Positions 21,964 to 29,391 of a stretch of DNA of 64,000 nt are shown in pieces. The notes beneath the pieces are model-generated. The model did not search any database and had not been told where the DNA came from. It saw only the letters and a program-made list of their open reading frames with translations. Each line of letters opens with the position of its first letter. Position 1 is the stretch's first letter. The position numbers and the translations under genes were made by a program. The DNA is from Bacillota bacterium (GTDB lineage Bacteria; Bacillota; Desulfotomaculia; Desulfotomaculales; Nap2-2B), in assembly GCA_040755975.1 (NCBI GenBank), contig JBFLZY010000006.1, positions 10,078 to 74,077 of the forward strand. Direction: 5' to 3'.

Positions 21964-22512
21964 CCACTTCTCCCCCTTTCAAAATCGAAAAGCCTGATGA
22001 AGCCGCCTGGTGATCTTTTCCATATTTCTTTTTCTAAATCAACCTGCTCCCTTTGCATGTTTTTTGAAGAAACCGGTCTCCAACAACCCTTTTTCTGCCA
22101 AAAATGTTCTTGATCTATCCGGATGGTCAACACCTCCTTCTTTTTTGCTAAATCTCCTGCCCATGTGAACTTATTCACTTCACTTGCCGGATAATACTCC
22201 CCGCACACAATCCGGCACCGGGGTCCTGCTTGAAATTTAACAGCCAATTTCCTCCGGACCGGAAACCCTCCCTCATCTGCGTAGCAGAGTAATCGCGACA
22301 ACTCCTTAATTGCCGATTGTGATATAATTAACTTTCTTTATGAGAAATTTATGTTTTTGTCACTACACCTGTCAAACCTGAATATTTCGATCTATTGGCT
22401 TACCAACTTAAATATTATTAACATTCCTGTTCTTGTTCTATTTACTCTTCATCAGCCAGTTTATCTCGTTTTTTTGAGTTATCGTGAAATCAAAAAATTC
22501 ACGGCGAAGGGA

Positions 22513-22563
22513 TTGACAGGAAGAGACTCTTCACGTATAATTGTGATTAGTTTAACAATCACA
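22513..22563 (+). promoter_or_regulatory. Consensus promoter (TTGACA-17-TATAAT) immediately followed by a 22-bp palindromic operator
   Basis: TTGACA 22513-22518, TATAAT 22536-22541, then TGTGATTAGTTTAACAATCACA at 22542-22563. Confidence 0.65.
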
Positions 22564-22880
22564 TTCCAAACAACGTAAAACCCTTAATTGCCTGAAAAGA
22601 AAGGGGGAAAATGAGCGGAGGGTTGACCAGCGGCAATGCAAAGGGGGAAGGTTGAAAACGCGATGAGATGTTGACGATATTGTTATAAAAAGGTTCGTGA
22701 AAACAATCACCGGGAGAAGAAAATGTGAAAAGTATTGTGATTAATGGCACATATTAAACTGCCGGCAACGCTCTTTAGCCCCTTGATCGTCCCAAAATAA
22801 AAAAAGGAAAGGAGTGAACACCGGCCGCCGGGGGCTGTCCGGCCGCTTAGTCGAGGGCCGGTCAAAAAGGCCGGAGGAAA

Positions 22881-23201
22881 ATGAAAACGGTAAGAGAATT
22901 CGTGGTGCCGGTAAACGATTACGACCCCAACCTTGAAAAAGAAAAGCGTTACGTTCCGGGCAGGGAGCGCGTTTTTCGCCCCGGGTTCTATCCTTACGTT
23001 CAGGAAGTCGTCCGTTTCAACCTGCTTTCCGTAAATGCCGGCGATCCCGTGGAGAAAGCCCTGCAGATCATGTTCCGGGAAAAGGTAAAGACTTTACCGG
23101 TGCTGGAAAAGGGCAAAATCGTCGGCGTGGTCAGGTCCCGTGATTTAATTGCCCTGTACGGGGAACTGTTCGAAGATAAGCGGATGAGCTTTTCGTCTTG
23201 A
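22881..23201 (+). CDS. Small CBS-domain protein
   Basis: 106 aa; KVKTLPVLEKGKIVGVVRSRDLI is a CBS-type beta-alpha-beta segment; RBS GGAGGAAA. Confidence 0.55.
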   Translation: MKTVREFVVPVNDYDPNLEKEKRYVPGRERVFRPGFYPYVQEVVRFNLLSVNAGDPVEKALQIMFREKVKTLPVLEKGKIVGVVRSRDLIALYGELFEDKRMSFSS

Positions 23202-23235
23202 TTATCAGTTGGTGCCTTGAATCCTCTCCCGTGAA

Positions 23236-23283
23236 ACGCTCATTTTAAGAACAAGCAGGTTCCCTAAAATGAGCGTCTTTTTA
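23236..23283 (+). terminator. Intrinsic terminator after the CBS gene
   Basis: 12-bp stem ACGCTCATTTTA / TAAAATGAGCGT followed by CTTTTTA. Confidence 0.75.
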
Positions 23284-23352
23284 TTTCATCGTTTTTACTG
23301 ATTAAGCAGCGGCGATAGGTAAACCACCTTTATTTACAAAGGGGTTGAAGTT

Positions 23353-24885
23353 ATGCCTCCTTTTACCCAAATGCCGGGTTTTAAACGCCAATTTTTACTA
23401 ATTGTGTTTATCCTTTTAATCGTCCCGGTGCTGGTGATGCTTTACGACGTCTATTTCGCCTCCAAAACCGACGACATTCTGGTCGTCAACCTCGAAAAAA
23501 AGCTTACCGGCATTGTCAATCAGACGGGCGAAAAAATCACCGCCCGGCTCGCACTGGAACCGGCCGGAAAACAGGCCGCTTCCCTGGAAGAGGCATTCAA
23601 TCAGGCGGCCGCTCCCCTGGCGGAAGCCAACCCGGGCGTCCGGCTGTGTATCTACCTGATCGAAAAAGACAAGATCGTCATCCACGGCTATCTTCACGAA
23701 TTCGGCAAGCGCCTGCCGGAAGAAAAATACGAACGGGAACGGCGCATTTACAACGAAGCGTTAAAAGGAATTTCCGCCGTGATGAAAAGCGGGGAACATA
23801 TCACCAGACTGGGCCGGACATGGGATGACCAGTTCTTGGAATACCTGGTCCCGGTGCGCGTTAACGGCCAGATCACCGCGGTGCTGTGGGCGGAGGAAAT
23901 GATGCACCCGCTTTTTGCCCGCAGCACGAAGCTGCGCCTGGTAATCCGCTACGTCACCCTCGTGGTCTTCAGCTTTGGCGTCATTGCTTCCCTGGTCGCC
24001 ATTGCCTCTTTGGTCCGGCAGGTAAGGGTAATCAAAAACGGCCTCTTGCAACTGGAGAACAATTTTTACTACCGGCTCCCGGCGCTGCCGGGCGAGATGG
24101 GCCAGATTACCGGGGCGATCAACACCTTGGCCGCCGGTCTTGCCGAAAGAGAACAAATGATTGAACAATTGCGGCGTTCGGAAAACCTGATCGCCCTCGG
24201 CAAACTGGTCACCAACATCGCCCACGAGCTACGCAACCCGGTTAGTATTATCCAGGCCGTCAGCGAAGTGCTGGCGTCCCGGTTGAAGAGTTCTCCGGAA
24301 TTAAAAGGGTATGCGGAATACGTAACAAAAATTCAGGAGCAAATCGAAAGACACAACCGGCTGGTGGGAGAACTGCTGGACTTTGGGCGACCAGACCCCG
24401 GCCTCATCGCGCCCCTGAGCTTAAATGAACTGATTTCCGTAATTCTAGGGGACTGCGCTTTGTTGCTCCAGCAAAAAAAGATCGCCCTCGAATTCGCTCC
24501 CAGCGCGGAACCGCTGCTCATAAAGGGCAACCAGGAAAAACTCAAGCAGGTACTGATCAACCTCCTGCTTAACGCCGTCCAGGCCATGCCCAGGGGGGGA
24601 AACCTGATCGTCCGGACGGAAGCAGTCAACCACACGGCCCGGGTGATGATCCGCGACACCGGGGTAGGCATCTCCAAAGAAGACCTGCCGCAAATTTTCA
24701 CCCCTTTCTATACCAAAAAAGCCGGCGGGGGCGGTCTGGGCCTGGCGATCAGCCGGCGCATCGTCCAGATTCACGGGGGGTCGATCAGCGCGGAAAGCGA
24801 ACCCGGGGCGGGTACCACTTTCATCCTCAGCTTTCCGCGTCTTCAAACGGACGAAGAAAACATAGCGTTATCCCCAGATACTTAG
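23353..24885 (+). CDS. Sensor histidine kinase (2 TM, extracytoplasmic sensor domain, HAMP, HisKA, HATPase_c), paralog 1
   Basis: H-box NIAHELRNPVS, N-box LLLNAVQAMP, G-boxes RDTGVGI and GGGGLGLAISRRIV; same architecture as the ORF at 35104-36669. Confidence 0.9.
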   Translation: MPPFTQMPGFKRQFLLIVFILLIVPVLVMLYDVYFASKTDDILVVNLEKKLTGIVNQTGEKITARLALEPAGKQAASLEEAFNQAAAPLAEANPGVRLCIYLIEKDKIVIHGYLHEFGKRLPEEKYERERRIYNEALKGISAVMKSGEHITRLGRTWDDQFLEYLVPVRVNGQITAVLWAEEMMHPLFARSTKLRLVIRYVTLVVFSFGVIASLVAIASLVRQVRVIKNGLLQLENNFYYRLPALPGEMGQITGAINTLAAGLAEREQMIEQLRRSENLIALGKLVTNIAHELRNPVSIIQAVSEVLASRLKSSPELKGYAEYVTKIQEQIERHNRLVGELLDFGRPDPGLIAPLSLNELISVILGDCALLLQQKKIALEFAPSAEPLLIKGNQEKLKQVLINLLLNAVQAMPRGGNLIVRTEAVNHTARVMIRDTGVGISKEDLPQIFTPFYTKKAGGGGLGLAISRRIVQIHGGSISAESEPGAGTTFILSFPRLQTDEENIALSPDT

Positions 24886-24916
24886 CCTCATCACATTTCA
24901 AATTTGATCGGCAGTA

Positions 24917-24968
24917 TTGACATCATTATGAAATTAATGTTACACTAAAATTGTGATAACTATCACAA
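24917..24968 (+). promoter_or_regulatory. Promoter (TTGACA-18-TACACT) followed by the perfect CRP/FNR-type palindrome TTGTGATAACTATCACAA
   Basis: TTGACA 24917-24922, TACACT 24941-24946, palindrome 24951-24968, 22 nt upstream of the receiver gene start. Confidence 0.65.
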
Positions 24969-24990
24969 ATCTCTTTAGGAGGGGATAATT

Positions 24991-25371
24991 GTGGCCAGGG
25001 TACTTGTTATTGACGATGAAGAGGGGATGTGCTGGGCGCTGGAAAAAGCCCTGGAGGAAGAAGGCCACCGGGTTTTTACCGCCACCTGCGGGCTGGCCGG
25101 TCTGGCTGTTTTCAAGGCGCAAGAAATCGACCTGGTCCTTTGCGACATCAAGATGCCCGACATCAGCGGGCTGGAAGTTTTGGAGCAAATCCGCAAGAAA
25201 AAACCGGACGTTCCGGTGGTGATCATGACCGGGTACAGCACTTTGTCCGTTGCTCTGGAAGCAATTAAAAAAGGGGCCGTCAGCTACCTCACCAAACCTT
25301 TTCACATCGGTCAGCTAAAGGAATTGATGCAGAAAATGATTAATCAGCAGCCTTGCCGATCAGTCCATTAA
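24991..25371 (+). CDS. Stand-alone response-regulator receiver domain (NtrC-type receiver without AAA+ or HTH domains)
   Basis: VLVIDDE...DLVLCDIKMPDISGLEVL...YLTKPF; aligns with residues 1-120 of the NtrC-type protein at 36644 but stops after 126 aa. Confidence 0.9.
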   Translation: MARVLVIDDEEGMCWALEKALEEEGHRVFTATCGLAGLAVFKAQEIDLVLCDIKMPDISGLEVLEQIRKKKPDVPVVIMTGYSTLSVALEAIKKGAVSYLTKPFHIGQLKELMQKMINQQPCRSVH

Positions 25372-25682
25372 ATTTGCCGTCGAAAAAAACACCAGCCGCC
25401 CGTTTTGATCGGGAAAAGCTTACGGAAAGCGTCCGGGAGAAAATCGCCATTGGTAAATCTATTCGTGAGTTCCACGAAAGAGAACAGCTGGTCAAGGCAA
25501 TCGAGTTGCTCAAAAAATTTCTTTACCGGGATGAAAAAGGTGTAGTTTTTTGCCGGGCAAATTTCTTTGCGGAACCCCCGCATACCGAAGACCGCCTGGA
25601 CGAAGCTATCCATACTTTGTTGCGAGGGAAAGTCAACATCCTGCGGTGCTGGGAAAAAAAGCCCACCCTACCGGCGCAATAG
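25353..25682 (+). CDS. Hypothetical protein (weakly supported ORF)
   Basis: 109-aa ORF with only a TTG start and no clear RBS; overlaps the 3' end of the receiver gene. Confidence 0.3.
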   Translation: MPISPLNLPSKKTPAARFDREKLTESVREKIAIGKSIREFHEREQLVKAIELLKKFLYRDEKGVVFCRANFFAEPPHTEDRLDEAIHTLLRGKVNILRCWEKKPTLPAQ

Positions 25683-25758
25683 CTCTTCCTTGCCCGGGGA
25701 AAAATCGGGAGCATTTAAACCTGTTACGCAACCGCAGTTAAATTCAACTGGAAAGTTT

Positions 25759-25914
25759 TCAGGGAATAATCGGGCCAAACAGGTAGGCTAAATAAACAAC
25801 CCACAGAGATGAAACAAGAAAGATCCCAATAACATGCACAACATCATTTAAAACGTCGCCGCTGTCGATTTCTTCTTCGTAACCCCTCCAGTTCCGATCC
25901 CACATTCTCATCAT
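25759..25914 (-). CDS. Small (51-aa) membrane peptide candidate
   Basis: ATG 25914 preceded by GAGGGGTAAGGGG; MMRMWDRNWRGYEEEIDSGDVLNDVVHVIGIFLVSSLWVVYLAYLFGPIIP. Confidence 0.3.
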   Translation of the reverse strand: MMRMWDRNWRGYEEEIDSGDVLNDVVHVIGIFLVSSLWVVYLAYLFGPIIP

Positions 25915-26209
25915 CCCCTTACCCCTCGCTAACATAATATTAGCAAAAAAAACAAATAAGGTAAATAGTTTTTTAAATAGTATATTATTTCACATATTTT
26001 TAGCCACCCTTGACTTTATTTTAGGAGCTTGAGATAATATAAGTCAATTAATATTTTTATTTCCTTACTACTCTTTCTTTACTGAATAAAGGACAGGGAC
26101 GTGTTATGGAAAAAATAGTGATATCGTTCACATACCAACTATGAAACAACCCCAAAGAAAAACTTAACATTTGCGCACCCATCACCAAAAAACTCAAGGA
26201 GAGGTGGCC

Positions 26210-26515
26210 ATGCGTTTACCTTTTTTGAAAATTATCACTCCCCCCTGCCCCGCCTGTGGGTCTAAAAATACCACCACCGGGCGGTTGATCAGGCTCGCGG
26301 CCGGTTTCGGCGTTGGTCTGGGCGGATCAATCTTGTGTTTTCTCCTGGCTTTTCTTTACCCCCCCGGCCTGATCTTAATCCCCATCGCCCTGGGTTGCGG
26401 CTTTTTGATCTGCGTCATCCCTCCGCTGGGCAAGTATTGCTGCCTCGACTGCGACGCTTACTGGAATCCCGATAACCCGCAGCTATACTGGAAACCAAAA
26501 CCACCCGGGATTTAG
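26210..26515 (+). CDS. Membrane protein with terminal Cys pairs (zinc-ribbon-like)
   Basis: ATG 26210 after AAGGAGAGGTGG; CPACG near the N-terminus and CCLDCD near the C-terminus flank two TM segments. Confidence 0.5.
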   Translation: MRLPFLKIITPPCPACGSKNTTTGRLIRLAAGFGVGLGGSILCFLLAFLYPPGLILIPIALGCGFLICVIPPLGKYCCLDCDAYWNPDNPQLYWKPKPPGI

Positions 26516-26695
26516 CGCTTCAAAATACCCGCAGGGAACCATCGGGCGAGCCACGAAAAAATGGCACAAAAAAATCCCGGGACATGAAAATACCTTGCCG
26601 GGGGAATATTTTGCCGGCCAACAGCCAGAGCCCCGGGATTGATTCCCGGGGCTCTGGCTGAGACGAGGTCGTCAGTTTTATGACTGACCCCGATG

Positions 26696-27886
26696 TTAAG
26701 CTTTGGCCCTGGCCGCCAGCTCTTTTTCCCGCTTTTCCCGGGCAATCCCTGCGAAAAGCTGGACGACAATGTAGATACATATTCCGGAAGCAGCGGCCAG
26801 CATCAGGTAACCGCCAACCATCGTCCAGAGATAATTTTTCATAAAGGCAACGTACCACTCCGGCCGGTTGGCCACTTCCACCATGTAGTGGTACATGGCA
26901 TCCTTCTTGTAGATCAGCGCGGAAATTTCCCCGGCGGAAAATCCTTCTTGTTTCAGCAGCGCTTCGATTCCTTTCTTGTAAACAGGTTCGTACTGGGAAG
27001 CAATCTGTTTTAAAATTACGGACGCACAGCACAGGAAGGTCGCCACGGCAAAAACCAGCCGGATCGTGATTCCGTAAACGTACTTGGTACAAATAGTGCC
27101 GAATTGGGCACCTACCGCTGCACCAAGGAGCATGATCGCCGCGCCAAGCACTTCCACGCCGCCTTTCAAACTATAGGTGAAGCACCCGTAAGCACCCGAG
27201 AACATCACCTCGAACAGGTCGGTGCCGACGGCTATTTTGGTGGGTACACCCATTAAGTAAATCAGGGCAGGCACCCGGATGATGCCGCCGCCGACCCCCA
27301 GAATGCCGGCGCAAAAACCGGTCACCACGCCCACGAAGAGGATGGCCCAGAGGGAAACTTTCATCCTGGCTACCGGACAGTAAAACGTGGGCCAGATGTT
27401 GAGCGTGTCCTGGATCCAGCGGGACCAGGCGGTGCCGACCACGTCCGCCACTTCTTTGCCGGTTTTCTTCTCCTGCCTTCTTACGCGCAGATATTCCGAT
27501 AACATAAACGTGCCGATAGTCAGGAGCAGGATCATGTACAGGTAGCGCACCACTGTCCCGGCCTGGCCGATTTTGGTCAGATACCGCAGGATTTGGGCGC
27601 CGGCCTCAATTCCCGAAAAGGTTCCGATCAACATGACCAAAGCAATGATGACGCTGACGTGACCAAATTTCCAGTGCCTGAAGGTGGCGATGATGGATTT
27701 GCCAACCAGGTGGGTCATGTCGGTACCTACGGCGTAAATCATCGGAAACCCGAAGATATTCAGCGTGGGGGTAACCAGCCACGCCCCGCCGATGCCGAAA
27801 AAGCCGCCCACCACCCCGACGGTGAAGCCGATTAGCAAAAGGGGCCACCAGGCCATTTCAACTCCACTTACCGGCATGTGGATCAT
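26696..27886 (-). CDS. TauE/SafE (DUF81) family anion permease with C-terminal extension
   Basis: 396 aa; FFGIGGAWLVTPTL and ILGVGGGIIRVPAL repeats, AVGTD motifs; same central insertion as the 441-aa paralog. Confidence 0.8.
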   Translation of the reverse strand: MIHMPVSGVEMAWWPLLLIGFTVGVVGGFFGIGGAWLVTPTLNIFGFPMIYAVGTDMTHLVGKSIIATFRHWKFGHVSVIIALVMLIGTFSGIEAGAQILRYLTKIGQAGTVVRYLYMILLLTIGTFMLSEYLRVRRQEKKTGKEVADVVGTAWSRWIQDTLNIWPTFYCPVARMKVSLWAILFVGVVTGFCAGILGVGGGIIRVPALIYLMGVPTKIAVGTDLFEVMFSGAYGCFTYSLKGGVEVLGAAIMLLGAAVGAQFGTICTKYVYGITIRLVFAVATFLCCASVILKQIASQYEPVYKKGIEALLKQEGFSAGEISALIYKKDAMYHYMVEVANRPEWYVAFMKNYLWTMVGGYLMLAAASGICIYIVVQLFAGIAREKREKELAARAKA

Positions 27887-27918
27887 GAATCTTCACCTCC
27901 ATTTTTTTAAAAAAATGA

Positions 27919-28122
27919 TTATTGCACTTTAATCACTTTATCTTCTTCTTCGTACTCTTTCTTGTACTTGCCCAGGTCAATCCGGAGGGCTTTAAAGATC
28001 AGATCAGCCAAAATGCCCAGGGCGCCCCCCAGGCAAACCATGGTCAGCACAGTCATCCCCGCGTAGGACAACGGGGAGGCCTTTTCTAAAGCGGCAAGCC
28101 ATTCAAAGTAACCCATGGTCAT
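27919..28122 (-). CDS. Small membrane protein (67 aa), upstream partner of the permease
   Basis: One TM segment (MTVLTMVCLGGALGILADLIF) and an acidic/basic tail; RBS GAGGAGGA. Confidence 0.5.
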   Translation of the reverse strand: MTMGYFEWLAALEKASPLSYAGMTVLTMVCLGGALGILADLIFKALRIDLGKYKKEYEEEDKVIKVQ

Positions 28123-28182
28123 TCCTCCTCTCGTTCTTTAGTTTTCTTTTTCCGGCGCTTCCCGGAACTGTAAATCCCCTGG

Positions 28183-28290
28183 CTAACCTGCCTTGCCGGC
28201 AACCTGCCCCGTGACGAGGAAATAAATCCAGGTTACAAAAGAACCGCAGCAGAACAAGATGATAAAAATTTGGATCAGTCTTTTGCCCAT
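28183..28290 (-). CDS. Small (35-aa) membrane peptide
   Basis: ATG 28290 lies 8 nt after GGAAAGGAGGT; MGKRLIQIFIILFCCGSFVTWIYFLVTGQVAGKAG; replaces the out-of-frame 65-aa track ORF. Confidence 0.45.
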   Translation of the reverse strand: MGKRLIQIFIILFCCGSFVTWIYFLVTGQVAGKAG

Positions 28291-28407
28291 TACGCGACAC
28301 CTCCTTTCCTTCTCTGTTTTTAACTGCCCGGAGGATGTCTTGCTCCGGGGGTTAAGTCAGGTTATAAGATGGTGACATAATTCACATATCCCCTGAAAAT
28401 AAAACTG

Positions 28408-28620
28408 CTAACGAATAACTTGCTTTGGTTTGTTTTTTCCAGGATAAAGGGTAACCGGCTGTTCTTCCAGCTTCACCGTCTTGATGGCTTCGTAAATCAA
28501 CACCGGCTGTCCGTTTTCCACGCGCACTCTGACTTCACCCCAACCTAATTCCCGCATGAAAAGAATGAGCTGTTTTTCCCTGTTCGTAAGGTTCTGGACG
28601 GCTCCTTTTTCATCGGCCAT
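28408..28620 (-). CDS. YezD-family (DUF2292) small protein
   Basis: 70 aa; LTNREKQLILFMRELGWGEVRVRVENGQPVLIYEAIKTVKL matches the YezD family pattern (my recollection). Confidence 0.65.
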   Translation of the reverse strand: MADEKGAVQNLTNREKQLILFMRELGWGEVRVRVENGQPVLIYEAIKTVKLEEQPVTLYPGKNKPKQVIR

Positions 28621-28642
28621 TACCTGCTCCCCTCCCCGATAA

Positions 28643-28699
28643 CGTGATTGTTTTCACTATCACATTTTAATTCTATTTTTTACTCGCCCAGCCTGTCAA
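28643..28699 (-). promoter_or_regulatory. Promoter (TTGACA-18-TAGAAT) followed by the 22-bp operator TGTGATAGTGAAAACAATCACG
   Basis: Minus strand has -35 at 28699-28694, -10 at 28675-28670 and the operator at 28664-28643; half-site AACAATCAC is shared with 22555-22563 and 22702-22710. Confidence 0.6.
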
Positions 28700-28775
28700 G
28701 AAAAACCGACCGATTTTTTGACCGATCTAAATTACCGGGCAACGTCAGCTTAAACTGTCCGAAGGGGCGGGGATG

Positions 28776-28889
28776 AAAAAAGGCCGGAAGGCTCTAACCG
28801 GGGCTAGAGACTGCCGGCCTATCGTTGTTCGATTCGGCCCTGCCTGTGAAGTTTGATCTAAAAATAACAAATTCCTGCTGCGCTGTCAA
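28776..28889 (-). ncRNA. Copy 2 of the promoter + conserved hairpin + terminator unit
   Basis: TTGACA at 28889-28884 with a weak -10 (TATTTT), GGCCGAAUCGAACAACGAUAGGCC, then the terminator AGGCCGG...CCGGCCU UUUUU. Confidence 0.45.
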
Positions 28890-28932
28890 CCCCTTTTTTG
28901 CATCTGAAAATTACGAAAATAGGCCTTCCGGA

Positions 28933-29193
28933 TTAACCTGTCCTTTTCTTTAAAAATTCAAGGATTATACCGGCCGTTTCCGGGTCAAAATCACTCTGAT
29001 AAAACCTCAGGAAGAGCGCCTGGCGCAACTCGGCCGGGGTGAGCCGGGGATTTTCCGCCCGGAGAGAAGCCAGCGCCAGGCGGCGGGCGGTATCAAACAT
29101 CGAGCAGCCCATCTTAAGACGTTTTTCGCCGGGCCGTCTCATGATCATCGCCCGGAACCGCCTGGCTGCCTCGGGGTTAGTATCGCCGGTCAT
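28933..29193 (-). CDS. Small helical hypothetical protein, partner of the nucleotidyltransferase remnant
   Basis: 86-aa ORF; its ATG overlaps the stop of the upstream fragment (ATGA). Confidence 0.5.
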   Translation of the reverse strand: MTGDTNPEAARRFRAMIMRRPGEKRLKMGCSMFDTARRLALASLRAENPRLTPAELRQALFLRFYQSDFDPETAGIILEFLKKRTG

Positions 29194-29391
29194 TTGGCTG
29201 CCTCCCTGTAAAGATCTTCAACCGCCAGCTCTTTTTTTATATCTACCGTCCGCAGTTCGACCACGATATCGATATCCCTGGTCATGCGGGGGACGTCATA
29301 AAAGTAGAATTGACCCGGTTGGCATGTACGGGATTTGCGCCTTGTTCAGCCGCCCGGTGACTATCTTTAATACTTCCAATTCATCGCTCAA
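29190..29391 (-). pseudogene. Frameshifted, truncated nucleotidyltransferase-like gene remnant
   Basis: Frame A reads LSDELEVLKIVTGRLNKAQIPYMPTGSILLL-stop; frame A+1 continues FYDVPRMTRDIDIVVELRTVDIKKELAVEDLYREAAK; together this resembles the N-terminal part of a MNT-type nucleotidyltransferase. Confidence 0.4.

Noticed and set aside
21906-22301. 131-aa track ORF upstream of and overlapping the 441-aa TauE gene
   Set aside because: It has only a TTG start directly abutting an AGGAG with no spacer, no internal well-placed start, a 58-nt overlap with the permease gene, and no recognisable motifs. It is treated as non-coding leader, though a small real gene cannot be excluded.
22745-22762. TGGCAC...TGC as a sigma-54 promoter for the CBS gene
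   Set aside because: The GC of the putative -12 box is 3 nt too far from the GG of the -24 box (TGGCACATATTAAACTGC), so the obligatory GG-N10-GC spacing is not met.
28103-28300. 65-aa track ORF between the YezD-like gene and the 67-aa membrane protein
   Set aside because: It has no RBS and an Arg/Gly-rich, out-of-frame-looking product. A different frame in the same interval has a strong RBS and encodes a plausible 35-aa membrane peptide (28183-28290).
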